Shown here in pieces: positions 10,466-20,331 of a DNA stretch of 64,000 bases. The first letter of the stretch is position 1, and every line of letters starts with the position of its first letter. A model generated the notes under the pieces. That model did not search any database and was not told the origin of the DNA. It was given only the letters and a program-made list of their open reading frames with translations. The position numbers and the translations under genes were made by a program. The stretch is from IMG/VR virus record IMGVR_UViG_3300048924_000100, positions 62,001 through 126,000 of that record, one strand, 5' to 3'.

Positions 10466-11420
10466 ATTGCTTGTCAAAATGGGTGTCTTCTTTGGCCGCA
10501 AGGACAGGTTTGTAATAAAGGACTACCTGGTAACACTGTTTACTGTACCGGACTTCGATGGGAACCGTTTGGAAGTGTCCGAGCGTCATCCGGTACTTAC
10601 TGGTGGTTTTATTCCCTGGTACAGCTACGACCATGGTGAGCACAAAGGCCATTGCTTCCACACTCAGGTGCTTAACGCCCAGGTCCTGCGGCAGGTGTTA
10701 TCCGCAGCTATCATCAAGTGGTACAGTGCTACAGCCGTGGACATGGTGACTAAACCTGGTACCTACCTGGAGCTTATCGACAAGGCCTTAACCCTGGATC
10801 CTGATTTCAAAGGTCACATCAGGACAGTAGAAGTTGATCCTCGTATGGAAGCCCTCTCGAGGCTGTTACCGTACGGTGAACTACGAAAAATTGTGGACGA
10901 GCACTTACTCAAACTTCCTTTCGAGGAAGCCCATTCTTGGGGTATGCCGTTAACCCCTTATTCTGGAGGGATCCATGTGAACGCTAAACTCAATAAGGCA
11001 GATACCAAAATGCCACCTAAAAGCTATGAAGAATGTCTCGAGGGGCTGGACGATCGTGAACGGCTCCGCATAGACAACAACCACTACAATCCGACCAAGG
11101 GTGAGCCTAGTCCTTTTGGCGAAGCTCCTCTTGATTGTGAGCATCCATGGACTGCTTGGCGCCGTAATCACTTCTCCACCCCGGTGGGTCTTAAGGGTGA
11201 TGAGTTGCGCAAGCAGCTGTGTGCAGTATTGGAAGCTGAACCGTATCGCCCTCTGACTATCGTCAGCCTGATCAACGACCACGGGCTGGAATGTGACGGT
11301 CATCTTACACTGGGCTGGGTTATCTCTATGTACTACAACTTCGGTCGTAAGTCCTGGGAAGAGATTCACCAGGTAGGCCTTGAACGCATCAAATACTATC
11401 GTCGTAAACAGGAGCAATAA
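10443..11420 (+). CDS. Hypothetical protein
   Basis: 325 aa ORF in the operon; no recognised motif. Confidence 0.65.
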   Translation: MDTYQLVELLVKMGVFFGRKDRFVIKDYLVTLFTVPDFDGNRLEVSERHPVLTGGFIPWYSYDHGEHKGHCFHTQVLNAQVLRQVLSAAIIKWYSATAVDMVTKPGTYLELIDKALTLDPDFKGHIRTVEVDPRMEALSRLLPYGELRKIVDEHLLKLPFEEAHSWGMPLTPYSGGIHVNAKLNKADTKMPPKSYEECLEGLDDRERLRIDNNHYNPTKGEPSPFGEAPLDCEHPWTAWRRNHFSTPVGLKGDELRKQLCAVLEAEPYRPLTIVSLINDHGLECDGHLTLGWVISMYYNFGRKSWEEIHQVGLERIKYYRRKQEQ

Positions 11421-11423
11421 AAC

Positions 11424-12224
11424 ATGCTGTTGAAGTCTATCCCTAAAGGCGCTGAATTCACTTACGGTGTTCACGGTCCATCGCTGGCCACCATCGTTCC
11501 TGACAACGCGTTCACGCTGGTTCCGCAAGACGAGCTCCACACCTACCTGCGTGAAATCGACGCCTTTGTCATGGGCTCTGTACGCGCGCTGAACACCAAG
11601 TTCGAACTGTTGCGTCAAGGCATCGGTTACACCCTGTTCTACCGCATCGTTCTCGACGGTGCAGGCAAGAAGTCGGTCCAGTTCCTGGTCTACCGTCGTA
11701 ACAAGTCCAACGGCGAAGGTCGTCTGGCTTCCAAGCTCAGTCTGGGTGCCGGTGGTCATATCGAAGGCATCGACGTTTCGTATCACCAGGAAATTCTGGG
11801 CGAGCTGCTGTGTTCGACTGCGCTGATCGACATGCTCGAAACCACCGACGACTCCGTCGAGCGTGAAGGCTGTGAAGAAGTTCGTCTGTATGCAAAAGAC
11901 GGTACCGACATCACTGATGAAATCATCGTCGATTCTAAAGAAGCCCTCTTCCAGAAAGTCGGTTTCGTCATGGACAGCAAACCAGAAGCTGGTTACGTCG
12001 GCAACATCCACTACGGTGTGGTGTACGCCATCGACGCCAGCGCTGCGCACAGCTTTGACATGGCTGAGCCGCAGAACGACGCCGTGGCATGGGCGTCTGC
12101 TGAAGACCTGCGTTCCAACCTGGGTGTCTTTGGCGATAAGGACGTTCCTTTCGAACCTTGGTCGCAAATGATCGTTGATCAGATCGACGCACTCGAAGCG
12201 TACATCCTGAAGAACTTCGACTAA
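11424..12224 (+). CDS. NUDIX-family hydrolase (phosphoesterase type)
   Basis: SLGAGGHIE...REGCEEV is a Nudix-box variant; also has VGNIHYGVVY and FEPWSQ. Confidence 0.75.
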   Translation: MLLKSIPKGAEFTYGVHGPSLATIVPDNAFTLVPQDELHTYLREIDAFVMGSVRALNTKFELLRQGIGYTLFYRIVLDGAGKKSVQFLVYRRNKSNGEGRLASKLSLGAGGHIEGIDVSYHQEILGELLCSTALIDMLETTDDSVEREGCEEVRLYAKDGTDITDEIIVDSKEALFQKVGFVMDSKPEAGYVGNIHYGVVYAIDASAAHSFDMAEPQNDAVAWASAEDLRSNLGVFGDKDVPFEPWSQMIVDQIDALEAYILKNFD

Positions 12225-12239
12225 GCAACATAGTGCAAC

Positions 12240-12275
12240 ACACTGCCCTCTTCGGAGGGTGGTGTTTATTTTTTT
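12240..12275 (+). terminator. Intrinsic terminator
   Basis: ACACTGCCCTC-TTCG-GAGGGTGGTGT followed by a T tract. Confidence 0.85.
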
Positions 12276-12295
12276 GTCCTAAGGGGGGTTTATTA

Positions 12296-13258
12296 ATGTC
12301 ACAGGTTAACATTGCGTTCAGCTCGGGTATTGATTCTACTGCTTTGCTTATGCTTGCATTACGCAGAGGGTTCGATGTAAACCTGCACATGATCAACGTG
12401 TCGGGTATCCCTGAAACCATGATGTACGAGATGTACACGATGGGGCGTATTGTAGAAGAGGTCAAGAAGATAACCTTTAAGACGGGCTGCATCAACACTG
12501 TTTCTTACGCCATGGCGACGCCCTTCCCAGCCCGTATGAAAAGCGGTAGTTCCGATAACCCAATCTGCAACTCCATCACTCAGCAGCTGGCAACTGTGTT
12601 CGGCATGGCTGATATTCGTCGTATGAACTATGACGATTGCCCTGGAACCTGGATTGGTTGGAACAGAGCCGATGCTTCTGAGTCGTCGCTTATTGAGTGG
12701 GACCATTCCGAACAGGATTACCACGACCTGTGCAATCTGGTACCGAGTGTGATCGGTCGTCTAGGTAATGCGGACAATCTGGAAACTCCTTTCCGCATGC
12801 CTTTGTGGGACATGGAGAAGAAAGAAATCTACGCCATGCTGCCACAAGCGTTAAAGGACCTGGTGTTGGTAAACGGCAAGGCCCATGTGTACGCCCATGA
12901 GAACAAGGCTGTGTATAACGCCTATCCGCACAAGCTCAAGGAACTCTCCCATCAGTTGGACATGGAGATGCCTGAGCATTGGGAAGTAAAGCTGACGGAT
13001 ATTCCTGCACACATTCGCATCATGTGTGGTTACGGGCTGCCATCTGATGTGGGTCTTCCAGATGAAGCGAACCACTTGGTACTCGAATTGAGTAAGTTGT
13101 TCTCTTGGAAGTACGACGTCACTTTCGATAAATGGGAACGTAACAACGTTTCTAACTTTAAACTTTTCGTGGAAGATCACATCAAGATGGTCGGGGAACT
13201 CTCGACCTGGAAATGGGTGGCTGAAGCGGAAAAACTTAACGGGGAAGTAGTTGCATGA
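12296..13258 (+). CDS. PP-loop ATPase, QueC-like
   Basis: N-terminal IAFSSGIDSTALL (SxGxDS PP-loop) and PLWDMEKKEI. The real start is probably ATG 12296, after a GGGGGG RBS. Confidence 0.65.
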   Translation: MSQVNIAFSSGIDSTALLMLALRRGFDVNLHMINVSGIPETMMYEMYTMGRIVEEVKKITFKTGCINTVSYAMATPFPARMKSGSSDNPICNSITQQLATVFGMADIRRMNYDDCPGTWIGWNRADASESSLIEWDHSEQDYHDLCNLVPSVIGRLGNADNLETPFRMPLWDMEKKEIYAMLPQALKDLVLVNGKAHVYAHENKAVYNAYPHKLKELSHQLDMEMPEHWEVKLTDIPAHIRIMCGYGLPSDVGLPDEANHLVLELSKLFSWKYDVTFDKWERNNVSNFKLFVEDHIKMVGELSTWKWVAEAEKLNGEVVA

Positions 13259-13914
13259 AAGGGGAATTCTGGGTAGTAGACGGTCTTGACGGTTCTGGCA
13301 AGACCGGGTTGATGGACAGGATAAAGACGTTTCTTACCGTCCACCGTATTCCATTTATCTGGTCACGCGAACCCGGCGGTACTCCGTTTGCGGAGATGTT
13401 GCGTGACGGCCTGAAGTTCGGTTTCCACGGGTTGGGGGATTACGAACTGTCGCCCATGACACAGACCATGCTGTTTAACGCAGCGCGTGTGGATCACATC
13501 GAAAAGGTGATCAAGCCGCACATGGCTCAAGGCAAGATCGTATTGTGTGATCGCTACAAGGATTCCACCTTTGCGTACCAGGGTGGTGCTGGCGGCATCA
13601 ACGCGTCCAAGCTTACAACGATCCATGACTTGGTCTGTGGATTCAACCCTGACATGGTCTTCATGATGGACGGCGATCCAAAGGTATTCGCTGAGCGCAT
13701 GGTAGGTCGTGGACAACCGGATAAACTGGATAAGCTCCAGTTGGAAAAGGCTGATGAGATGCGCGACGTTTACCAGTATCGGGCCAGCCTTGAGCCGGAC
13801 GTATACCGGGTGATTGACGCGACTCAGAGCGAAGAACAGGTCTGGGCTCAGGTTCTCCCCCATCTGATGGAGCGACTCAATCAGTTAAAGCAACGGCCTA
13901 AAGCTGAGGCCTGA
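13255..13914 (+). CDS. tmk: Thymidylate kinase
   Basis: DGLDGSGKT P-loop, REPGGT and LCDRYKDSTFAYQG. Confidence 0.95.
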   Translation: MKGEFWVVDGLDGSGKTGLMDRIKTFLTVHRIPFIWSREPGGTPFAEMLRDGLKFGFHGLGDYELSPMTQTMLFNAARVDHIEKVIKPHMAQGKIVLCDRYKDSTFAYQGGAGGINASKLTTIHDLVCGFNPDMVFMMDGDPKVFAERMVGRGQPDKLDKLQLEKADEMRDVYQYRASLEPDVYRVIDATQSEEQVWAQVLPHLMERLNQLKQRPKAEA

Positions 13915-13953
13915 CGGGCCGGATGTTATAGTCCAACACAAGAGATTAGGATT

Positions 13954-14142
13954 ATGACACCTGATGACGAAATGCGCCAACGGCTACACCTGGATGCTCT
14001 GGGGAAGGTCTATTCGACTGTACCACCAGAGCGTCAACCTTGGAGTCCTCAGGGGCTTAAGGAAGATCCAAACTTCGTAAAGCGTGCTGAACCGCCTAAG
14101 CAGTTTGGTTACGGCATGGAACTGAACCTACCGAAGAAATAG
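13954..14142 (+). CDS. Small hypothetical protein
   Basis: AGGA RBS; 62 aa. Confidence 0.5.
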   Translation: MTPDDEMRQRLHLDALGKVYSTVPPERQPWSPQGLKEDPNFVKRAEPPKQFGYGMELNLPKK

Positions 14143-14150
14143 GGAACGGT

Positions 14151-14762
14151 ATGAAACTCTACCATTACTCCGATAAGCATTACGATCAGCTACAAAGTCG
14201 TCGCGTGTCGGGGCTCCCAGTTCCTGAGGGCGTTCGGGTTTCTGATGACTACCTCGATCACATTTCGTTCTTCTTCGATCCGATCCCTTCCAAGCTGATG
14301 CCTCAGATCTTTGATAAGGGGCACCCGTTCTGGTACAAGGGTCACAAGCTTTACGAGTATGTGATCGACGTTGATGATCTGGAAGATGAGTTCAACTTCC
14401 GTGTCGTAGAAAGTGAACGTAAGACTGCGTTGCTGGATGAGTTCTCCAAAGAGCATGATTGGGAAAGTCACGACCCAAAGAAGCTTGCTCTGTGGAAAGC
14501 AGAACTGTTCAAGATGCAGAAGAAGCACGGTGAGATCGGTTTCAATAAAGCTGCCTTCAAGGCATTTCTGAAAACCCTGCCGCGTGACACTACACGATAC
14601 GGTTACCTGACTGCCAAGGCTAGGGATGATTTCGATTGGGGATACAACAAGTATGCAGCGAATGTCCCGCATGTCATGCTGTATCCGTCTACGGGCATCA
14701 TCCCGGTTAAAGAAGTGTTTGAGTTGACCATTGGTAGTGAACACCGCAAGAAAGTTGTTTAG
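14151..14762 (+). CDS. Hypothetical protein
   Basis: 203 aa ORF followed by a terminator. Confidence 0.7.
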   Translation: MKLYHYSDKHYDQLQSRRVSGLPVPEGVRVSDDYLDHISFFFDPIPSKLMPQIFDKGHPFWYKGHKLYEYVIDVDDLEDEFNFRVVESERKTALLDEFSKEHDWESHDPKKLALWKAELFKMQKKHGEIGFNKAAFKAFLKTLPRDTTRYGYLTAKARDDFDWGYNKYAANVPHVMLYPSTGIIPVKEVFELTIGSEHRKKVV

Positions 14763-14769
14763 ACGTCAC

Positions 14770-14812
14770 TATAACCCCTCCTAGCCTGTTTGGGCTAGGA
14801 GGGGTTATATTT
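14770..14812 (+). terminator. Intrinsic terminator
   Basis: TATAACCCCTCCTAGCC / GGCTAGGAGGGGTTATA inverted repeat. Confidence 0.8.
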
Positions 14813-14825
14813 AAGATACATCGCG

Positions 14826-14842
14826 TTTCAAGTCTATATTAC
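14826..14842 (+). promoter_or_regulatory. Early promoter
   Basis: TTTCAAGTCTATATTAC. Confidence 0.75.
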
Positions 14843-14888
14843 TCATGTGATTAAGACAATTAAGTCTTTCATACTCCGGAGTAATACC

Positions 14889-15251
14889 ATGTCTCATTTC
14901 AACGCTGGCCAGTTCGACGAAATCGTAGAAGTTGTTAAAGCTAACAACGGCGTGATAGGTGACGACCACAACTGCGGTACCCGCACCATGACCATTGCTG
15001 GTCTGGGTATCTTCCGTAAGCCAGGTGTACAGAAAGGTATTGTGGTTCCTCTGTGCAGCAGCAAGGTGGGTTTCTGTCTGAACCACATGTACCTGGAAAA
15101 CGGTGAAGTTCGTGTCTCCCGCAACTCGGTGGGTGGCCTGATCGAAACCGGTAAACACGCCAACCTGCAAGCCGCAGTGGAAGCGTTCAACGCCGACCAA
15201 GAACACAACCAATGGTCCATGGGTGTTCTGGAACGTGTTGTATATCTGTAA
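14889..15251 (+). CDS. Hypothetical early protein
   Basis: GGAG RBS and ATG 14889; monocistronic between a promoter and a terminator. Confidence 0.7.
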   Translation: MSHFNAGQFDEIVEVVKANNGVIGDDHNCGTRTMTIAGLGIFRKPGVQKGIVVPLCSSKVGFCLNHMYLENGEVRVSRNSVGGLIETGKHANLQAAVEAFNADQEHNQWSMGVLERVVYL

Positions 15252-15263
15252 GTAACCATCGTG

Positions 15264-15299
15264 AAAGACAGGGGGTAATTCCTCTGTCTTTTATTTTTT
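15264..15299 (+). terminator. Intrinsic terminator
   Basis: AAAGACAGGGG / CCTCTGTCTTT plus T tract. Confidence 0.75.
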
Positions 15300-15339
15300 G
15301 GGGGATTAGGAATATTCCCCTTTATCAAAGGAGTTAGCT

Positions 15340-15816
15340 ATGCGCGTGTTTACTGCACTGTTATTGGCGGTGTTTGCTTCGGTTGGTTGTGCTGCTGCCA
15401 ATGCAGATATCATGGCTGGGATACCAAAGGACAAACAAGAAGAAGTTCTGTTGAGTTGTGACACAGAGGCTGGCAAGAGTCTGCTTGTTCTGCGTGATGC
15501 CGCAACAGATACCTTCACGATCCTGTACGGTAAGGATTTGATCCAGCCTGAACACGTCATTGCCAAACTGGGTAATGACATGGGTACCTCCTACCACCAC
15601 TCCGCGTCGGAAGCAACCGACACTCGAGAGATCTACTCGGCGGATGGTCAAGAGTTCACTACCGTGGGCTACATGGATAAGGCAGGCGTCATCTCGGCGT
15701 ATTACAAGTTACAGTCGGGTGTGACGGTAATAATCTCTGACAAGTGTACTGCCCGCAGTGTGAGCAGTGCATTTGATTTCTCTGAGAAGTTCGCAAACAT
15801 GACCGAAGTTGATTAA
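15340..15816 (+). CDS. Secreted/periplasmic (possibly lipo-) protein
   Basis: Signal peptide MRVFTALLLAVFASVGCAAANA; AAGGAG RBS. Confidence 0.7.
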   Translation: MRVFTALLLAVFASVGCAAANADIMAGIPKDKQEEVLLSCDTEAGKSLLVLRDAATDTFTILYGKDLIQPEHVIAKLGNDMGTSYHHSASEATDTREIYSADGQEFTTVGYMDKAGVISAYYKLQSGVTVIISDKCTARSVSSAFDFSEKFANMTEVD

Positions 15817-15817
15817 G

Positions 15818-15863
15818 GCAGGGGGAGGGTTTCCTCCCCCTTGCTCTTTCTTTATTTTTTTTT
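15818..15863 (+). terminator. Intrinsic terminator
   Basis: GCAGGGGGAGG / CCTCCCCCTTGC plus T tract. Confidence 0.75.
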
Positions 15864-15884
15864 GCCATAAAACAGGGGTAGACT

Positions 15885-16619
15885 ATGAACCGCTTCCGTG
15901 CGGCGGACCGACAGAACTTTGAACTCTTCCAGGGGACTCTTAACGTTGTAGGTAACTACCTACCTTTAGACTTTATCTTCCGTGTTTTCAACCACATTAA
16001 GAAGAACCCAGAAGGTTACGACCATGCATGGCTCTACAACGCGCTGCGGGCTACCAAGGACCTCTCGCAGCTGCATTCCCTACCTGAGGGTGCTCTTCAC
16101 GTAATGTACGCTGTAACGATGCTCATGGAGGCTGGTAGGACCTATGACGGTTCTACACCCACAGACGCGGCGGGGGCGTTTGCTGTAGTCTTTCTGAGTG
16201 AGCACGCTGGTGGCTTCTTCAGTCACGATGAGTTACAAACTATTTACCGGGTGAGTCGCAGGGTTAGTGTCATGAACCTGCGTCCGTCGGTTGATACCAC
16301 CATTGCTGTAATTGCCAACGAAGTCAGGTTGTTAACGGATGTCCTATATCCTGACCCTACAAAGATGGTGGTGGAACTCGTTAGAAACAATTCTACGCCT
16401 AATCTTGCCCCCATGGAACCAGATGAATGGTGTCAGGCTTTGGCGCATAGTTTTGCCGAACGCTTTGGCCGACGTGGAACGGCGTGGAAAACGCTGCCCG
16501 TTATGGTCCTCAACAACAAGCAGGAGCAGTTAAGAAACTTCCAATTACTTGCTGATGACGAGAATTACATTGGCGAGCTTGTGAAGAACAACTATAACCG
16601 CATTTTTGCTCACAGGTAA
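15885..16619 (+). CDS. Hypothetical protein (possibly a degenerate HD-like fold)
   Basis: 244 aa helical ORF; the function is not established. Confidence 0.55.
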   Translation: MNRFRAADRQNFELFQGTLNVVGNYLPLDFIFRVFNHIKKNPEGYDHAWLYNALRATKDLSQLHSLPEGALHVMYAVTMLMEAGRTYDGSTPTDAAGAFAVVFLSEHAGGFFSHDELQTIYRVSRRVSVMNLRPSVDTTIAVIANEVRLLTDVLYPDPTKMVVELVRNNSTPNLAPMEPDEWCQALAHSFAERFGRRGTAWKTLPVMVLNNKQEQLRNFQLLADDENYIGELVKNNYNRIFAHR

Positions 16620-16625
16620 AAAAGT

Positions 16626-17054
16626 ATGTCACACTTAATCGAAGATTTAGTGGTGACGCTGGTCTGGTTGGTTGCCATTGTCTTACTGGTAGTCAGGCAC
16701 AAGGAACTCCGTGGATTACTCTACGGTTTGACTCTAACCGATGACGGTTTGACGTTCTGGTATCGATTGGGAATCTATGCTGGTACGGTAACAATGATTC
16801 GTGATATGGACGTAAAGGAACCTCAGCTGACCGGAAATGTATTAGGTTGGCGTTGTCGGTTCCCTGTCCGTTATACGAACAAAGAGATGTGCACCTACAT
16901 TCGGGAGTACGCCCCTCAGTGTTCGGATAAGCAACCGCACTCTAAGGACCTCTGGATCTTTAATGAGGTGGTTAATCGAAACAACAATGCCTTAATCAGC
17001 ATTAATTGTCAGATTTTTGCATTCGACAATAGCGACGGTAAAGGCTTTTATTGA
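16626..17054 (+). CDS. Membrane-anchored hypothetical protein
   Basis: N-terminal hydrophobic helix LVVTLVWLVAIVLLVV. Confidence 0.6.
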   Translation: MSHLIEDLVVTLVWLVAIVLLVVRHKELRGLLYGLTLTDDGLTFWYRLGIYAGTVTMIRDMDVKEPQLTGNVLGWRCRFPVRYTNKEMCTYIREYAPQCSDKQPHSKDLWIFNEVVNRNNNALISINCQIFAFDNSDGKGFY

Positions 17055-17062
17055 AAAGCAGC

Positions 17063-17105
17063 TATAAGCCCCTCTACCCCGCAAAGGGTAGAGGGGCTTA
17101 TATTT
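17063..17105. terminator. Bidirectional terminator between convergent genes
   Basis: TATAAGCCCCTCTACCC / GGGTAGAGGGGCTTATA perfect stem. Confidence 0.85.
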
Positions 17106-17116
17106 ACGCCTGGTGT

Positions 17117-18025
17117 TTAACCCAGGTAGTCCCCGTTCTCGGCAGCAACCGTAGCCTTGGCCATGGTCATGCGTTCGATGGTACCAGCGGCGGCCAGGTT
17201 TTCCAGAACCGAAGTACGTTCCTGGAAGCCCGCCGGCGCAGTTACCGCGTCAGGGTTGAACAGTGGAAGCAGTTGCAGCATTTTGCGAGCGATCTGTTTC
17301 ACCGCGAGGGTGTCCATTTCGATCACGCCGGTGAATTCCATTTCGATAGAACGGATTTGGTTTTCGTCGGCTTTGTTGCGCTTGATCTCGATCGGAACGG
17401 TCGTGGTCGGCTGACCAGCAACAAGGATCGCGGCGTGAGCTACGTCCTTCATGTTGCGGGTTGGCTCGAAGTAGATCGCCGAGTACGAGGTGTCGTCGAG
17501 CAACATGTCTCCTGGATCGTCCAGAATCACCATTTTGGCGTTCAGGATTTCAGGGTCCATTACACCCCAACGCGACCAGGTCTTCAACATGTGAGTGAAT
17601 ACTTCACCTTCCACGTCGTAGGCCTTGTGGGTCACGCTACCCAGAGAACGGGTAGCACCTGTTGCCACGGACATTTTGTGACCTGTCCACTCCATCGAAC
17701 CGAAGTTGATTTCTGTGGAGTCACGGATGCCGCTCCATTCCTGCGAACGGTTCTCGAAGAACGCCTTGCACAGGGAATGGAGTTTGTTGCCGCCTGGGAG
17801 GCGGGAGAAGAACGCAGGGGTGCTCAGAACAATACACCAGCCCTGTTGAGACACATGAGGCTGAGCCGACATGTACTCGAAGATGTTGCCTGCCCAGCCG
17901 TACATGCCACCGGCGTCGCCATCGATGACGGGGCGGTTGCCAAGGTCCAAGGCCTCGACAAACGGGTCACTCGCTGGCATCAGCGTCGTGTCTGTACGGT
18001 GCGGGTAGTTAGTATCAGAAGCCAT
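17117..18025 (-). CDS. Tail tube protein (phiKZ gp30-like)
   Basis: 302 aa, directly downstream of the sheath gene, as in the phiKZ gp29-gp30 arrangement. Confidence 0.75.
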   Translation of the reverse strand: MASDTNYPHRTDTTLMPASDPFVEALDLGNRPVIDGDAGGMYGWAGNIFEYMSAQPHVSQQGWCIVLSTPAFFSRLPGGNKLHSLCKAFFENRSQEWSGIRDSTEINFGSMEWTGHKMSVATGATRSLGSVTHKAYDVEGEVFTHMLKTWSRWGVMDPEILNAKMVILDDPGDMLLDDTSYSAIYFEPTRNMKDVAHAAILVAGQPTTTVPIEIKRNKADENQIRSIEMEFTGVIEMDTLAVKQIARKMLQLLPLFNPDAVTAPAGFQERTSVLENLAAAGTIERMTMAKATVAAENGDYLG

Positions 18026-18038
18026 AACTACTTACTCC

Positions 18039-20213
18039 TTACGAGTTGGTGGCCAGATCTTCTTCGTTGTAGGCGAAGAGGTCCAGGTTCATCATGTACT
18101 TACCCTTGTTGAAGTAAGCATGGGCGATTGTGTTCATCACAGCACGACCACCCGGTTGGGTTTCGTCGTAGCTTGGTACGAACGTGATGGACTTGCACAG
18201 GCCACCGAGGCGATCGCGGCATTTGCGTTCCGCGCCGTCTTTGAAGTTCGCCACGTAGTCGGAAGCCGACAGCGAGGTGTCACCGCAGACGTTGTTCCAC
18301 TCGTCTTGTGCAATCTTTTCGATGCACACGCAGAGGAAGTTGGTCACCAGGTCCTTCAGCACGGAATCCGCGTTCGGGTACAGGGTGATCAGGGACGGAC
18401 GGAACAGGGTTTCAACGTTGCGCGGACGCAGCGTGATACCACCGTTGGTGAAGTTATCACCGGCTACGAAGTCTTCCTCGAACTCGATGTTAGGCGAGTG
18501 CATGGTACGCAGGTTACGGTTGTCTTTGCTGTCCGGGCTGAAAGCAGCGCGGATAACGCCAGACGAGTTACCGGCGAACAGAGCAAACGCGTAAGCCAGG
18601 TCGAGGTTACCCGACATTGCTTCGCCACTTGCTTCATCGATAACGTAAGCTTCGATGAGGTTGATCGACGAACGGCAGGACGGAGTGCCCCAGTAGGTCG
18701 ATTCCGGGAACAGCTTGGCTTGTGCGGACAGCGAAGTGAATCGCGAGTACACGTCTGCCAGCTTGTTGGTTTGCCCTGGTACAAAGACGGTCGCATCAGG
18801 AATCACGATGATGTCTTTACGGCTAGCCAGCAACTGCACCGCGAGGTCTTTCACTTCTTGGGAGAAACCAACGTCCCAGTAGAAGGATTGACGGTTCTTG
18901 GTGTAGTTCTTGGTTTCGGTGCCCGCGAGGTACTCGGTCATGTCCAAAGCCATCAGCTTGTTGTTCACTTGCCAGGCTTGTTCGGTCGTGATCGGGAACT
19001 TGGCGTTAGCCAAAACGTTGAACGGGTCATCGACCACAGGAACGTCGACGTACTCAGGCAGTTCGCCGTCGGCCGTCAGGAATGGCGAAACGCCGCCCTT
19101 GGCTTTAACCGAACCAGTCATGTCCCAGGACACAGCGCCGGAGTTAACCAGAGCGTAGTACGGAGCACCCGTGTGGTTCTGGCAGGTGAACGGGTTCATC
19201 TGCTGATACGGGAACTGGCTTGCGTCAACCAGGGTGGTGTTGTTCGGTTCTTCAACCGCGTACATCGCCTGGCACAGTGCAGTGATCGACTCTTCGTAGA
19301 TATGCACCGAGTTGAACGGCTGCTGAATCGGAACAACCTTACGGTTGAGATTCGTGCCGGTGAATTGACCGAAGGCGTCTTTGATGCCGTACTTGGTCTT
19401 GTTCAGTTCAGTCTTGAACAAGGTGTAGGAAACGGTTTCGAGACGTTTAGGCGTCTTGGCGTAGGAACGCGCGCCGACTTCGCTTTCGGTGAACATCTTC
19501 AGGTCGAACGGGAACACGCCCGTAGCCGTCACGAAGTCCGAGATTTGACGCCAGTTGACTTGGCTATCCAGAACGCCAGTGACCAGGCCACCTTTGTTGT
19601 AGGCATCGCCCACGCCGGCTACCGCTTCGTAAAGCGGGTAAACGATGATCTCAGGCACAGCCGGGGTCGGACCGTTGGCTGGAATAGCAGCGATGGTACG
19701 GCGTTGCAGTGCACCGACAGCCACGCCTTTCTTCGCTTCAGGATCAGGTTTGATCTCGATGCTCAGTGCAGTGGTGAAGGTATCGCCGGTTGGGATTTTC
19801 GCACCCTGGGCGTCACGCTTGAATTTGCCGGCCAGGTCACGCTCGTAGTCTGGCAGTTCTACCAGCTGAACGAACGCAGAGATCGCCACACGGGCAATTT
19901 CTTTGTTGGCAGACAAACGACGCACACCAATAGCCGCTTGCTGGCCGTTGTTGAGAGCGGTGATCAGCGCAGCGTTCGGATTGTAGAACGGCGTGGTGTG
20001 ATCGAAAACGTTACCGAACTTCTTAGCGAAGTCGGCTGTGGCGATCCACTGAGTACCTTTGTCGTCAGCCAGATCACCCACGGGGGTCACCATGGAAATC
20101 ACTGGAAGGTGCAGCGGATATGTCGGCTCGGAGACGGTGTAATCGGGGATCGACTTGTCGTTGATACCACGATTATTCACTTTCCCCGGAATGATGCTGT
20201 TAAGAACAGTCAT
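18039..20213 (-). CDS. Contractile tail sheath protein (phiKZ gp29-like)
   Basis: 724 aa with N-terminal RGINDKS..PLHLP; divergent from the gp28-gp25 block as in phiKZ. Confidence 0.8.
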   Translation of the reverse strand: MTVLNSIIPGKVNNRGINDKSIPDYTVSEPTYPLHLPVISMVTPVGDLADDKGTQWIATADFAKKFGNVFDHTTPFYNPNAALITALNNGQQAAIGVRRLSANKEIARVAISAFVQLVELPDYERDLAGKFKRDAQGAKIPTGDTFTTALSIEIKPDPEAKKGVAVGALQRRTIAAIPANGPTPAVPEIIVYPLYEAVAGVGDAYNKGGLVTGVLDSQVNWRQISDFVTATGVFPFDLKMFTESEVGARSYAKTPKRLETVSYTLFKTELNKTKYGIKDAFGQFTGTNLNRKVVPIQQPFNSVHIYEESITALCQAMYAVEEPNNTTLVDASQFPYQQMNPFTCQNHTGAPYYALVNSGAVSWDMTGSVKAKGGVSPFLTADGELPEYVDVPVVDDPFNVLANAKFPITTEQAWQVNNKLMALDMTEYLAGTETKNYTKNRQSFYWDVGFSQEVKDLAVQLLASRKDIIVIPDATVFVPGQTNKLADVYSRFTSLSAQAKLFPESTYWGTPSCRSSINLIEAYVIDEASGEAMSGNLDLAYAFALFAGNSSGVIRAAFSPDSKDNRNLRTMHSPNIEFEEDFVAGDNFTNGGITLRPRNVETLFRPSLITLYPNADSVLKDLVTNFLCVCIEKIAQDEWNNVCGDTSLSASDYVANFKDGAERKCRDRLGGLCKSITFVPSYDETQPGGRAVMNTIAHAYFNKGKYMMNLDLFAYNEEDLATNS

Positions 20214-20331
20214 GGAGAACCTCGTAGATGTCCTGTTTGTGGGTCCTAAAACAATCGTATGCTAGCCATTTCTGGGCCGTACAGTGTGTTATACCACTGG
20301 CACATAACATGTTATTTTTAGAGGCAACCCC

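Noticed and set aside
12233-12295. Upstream-extended starts in the ORF track (also 9516, 14847, 33803, 43724, 45824)
   Set aside because: The extensions overlap terminators, promoters or leader sequences; downstream ATGs have clear RBSs.
17051-18112. 353 aa + strand ORF
   Set aside because: It is antisense to the tail tube gene and starts across a bidirectional terminator.
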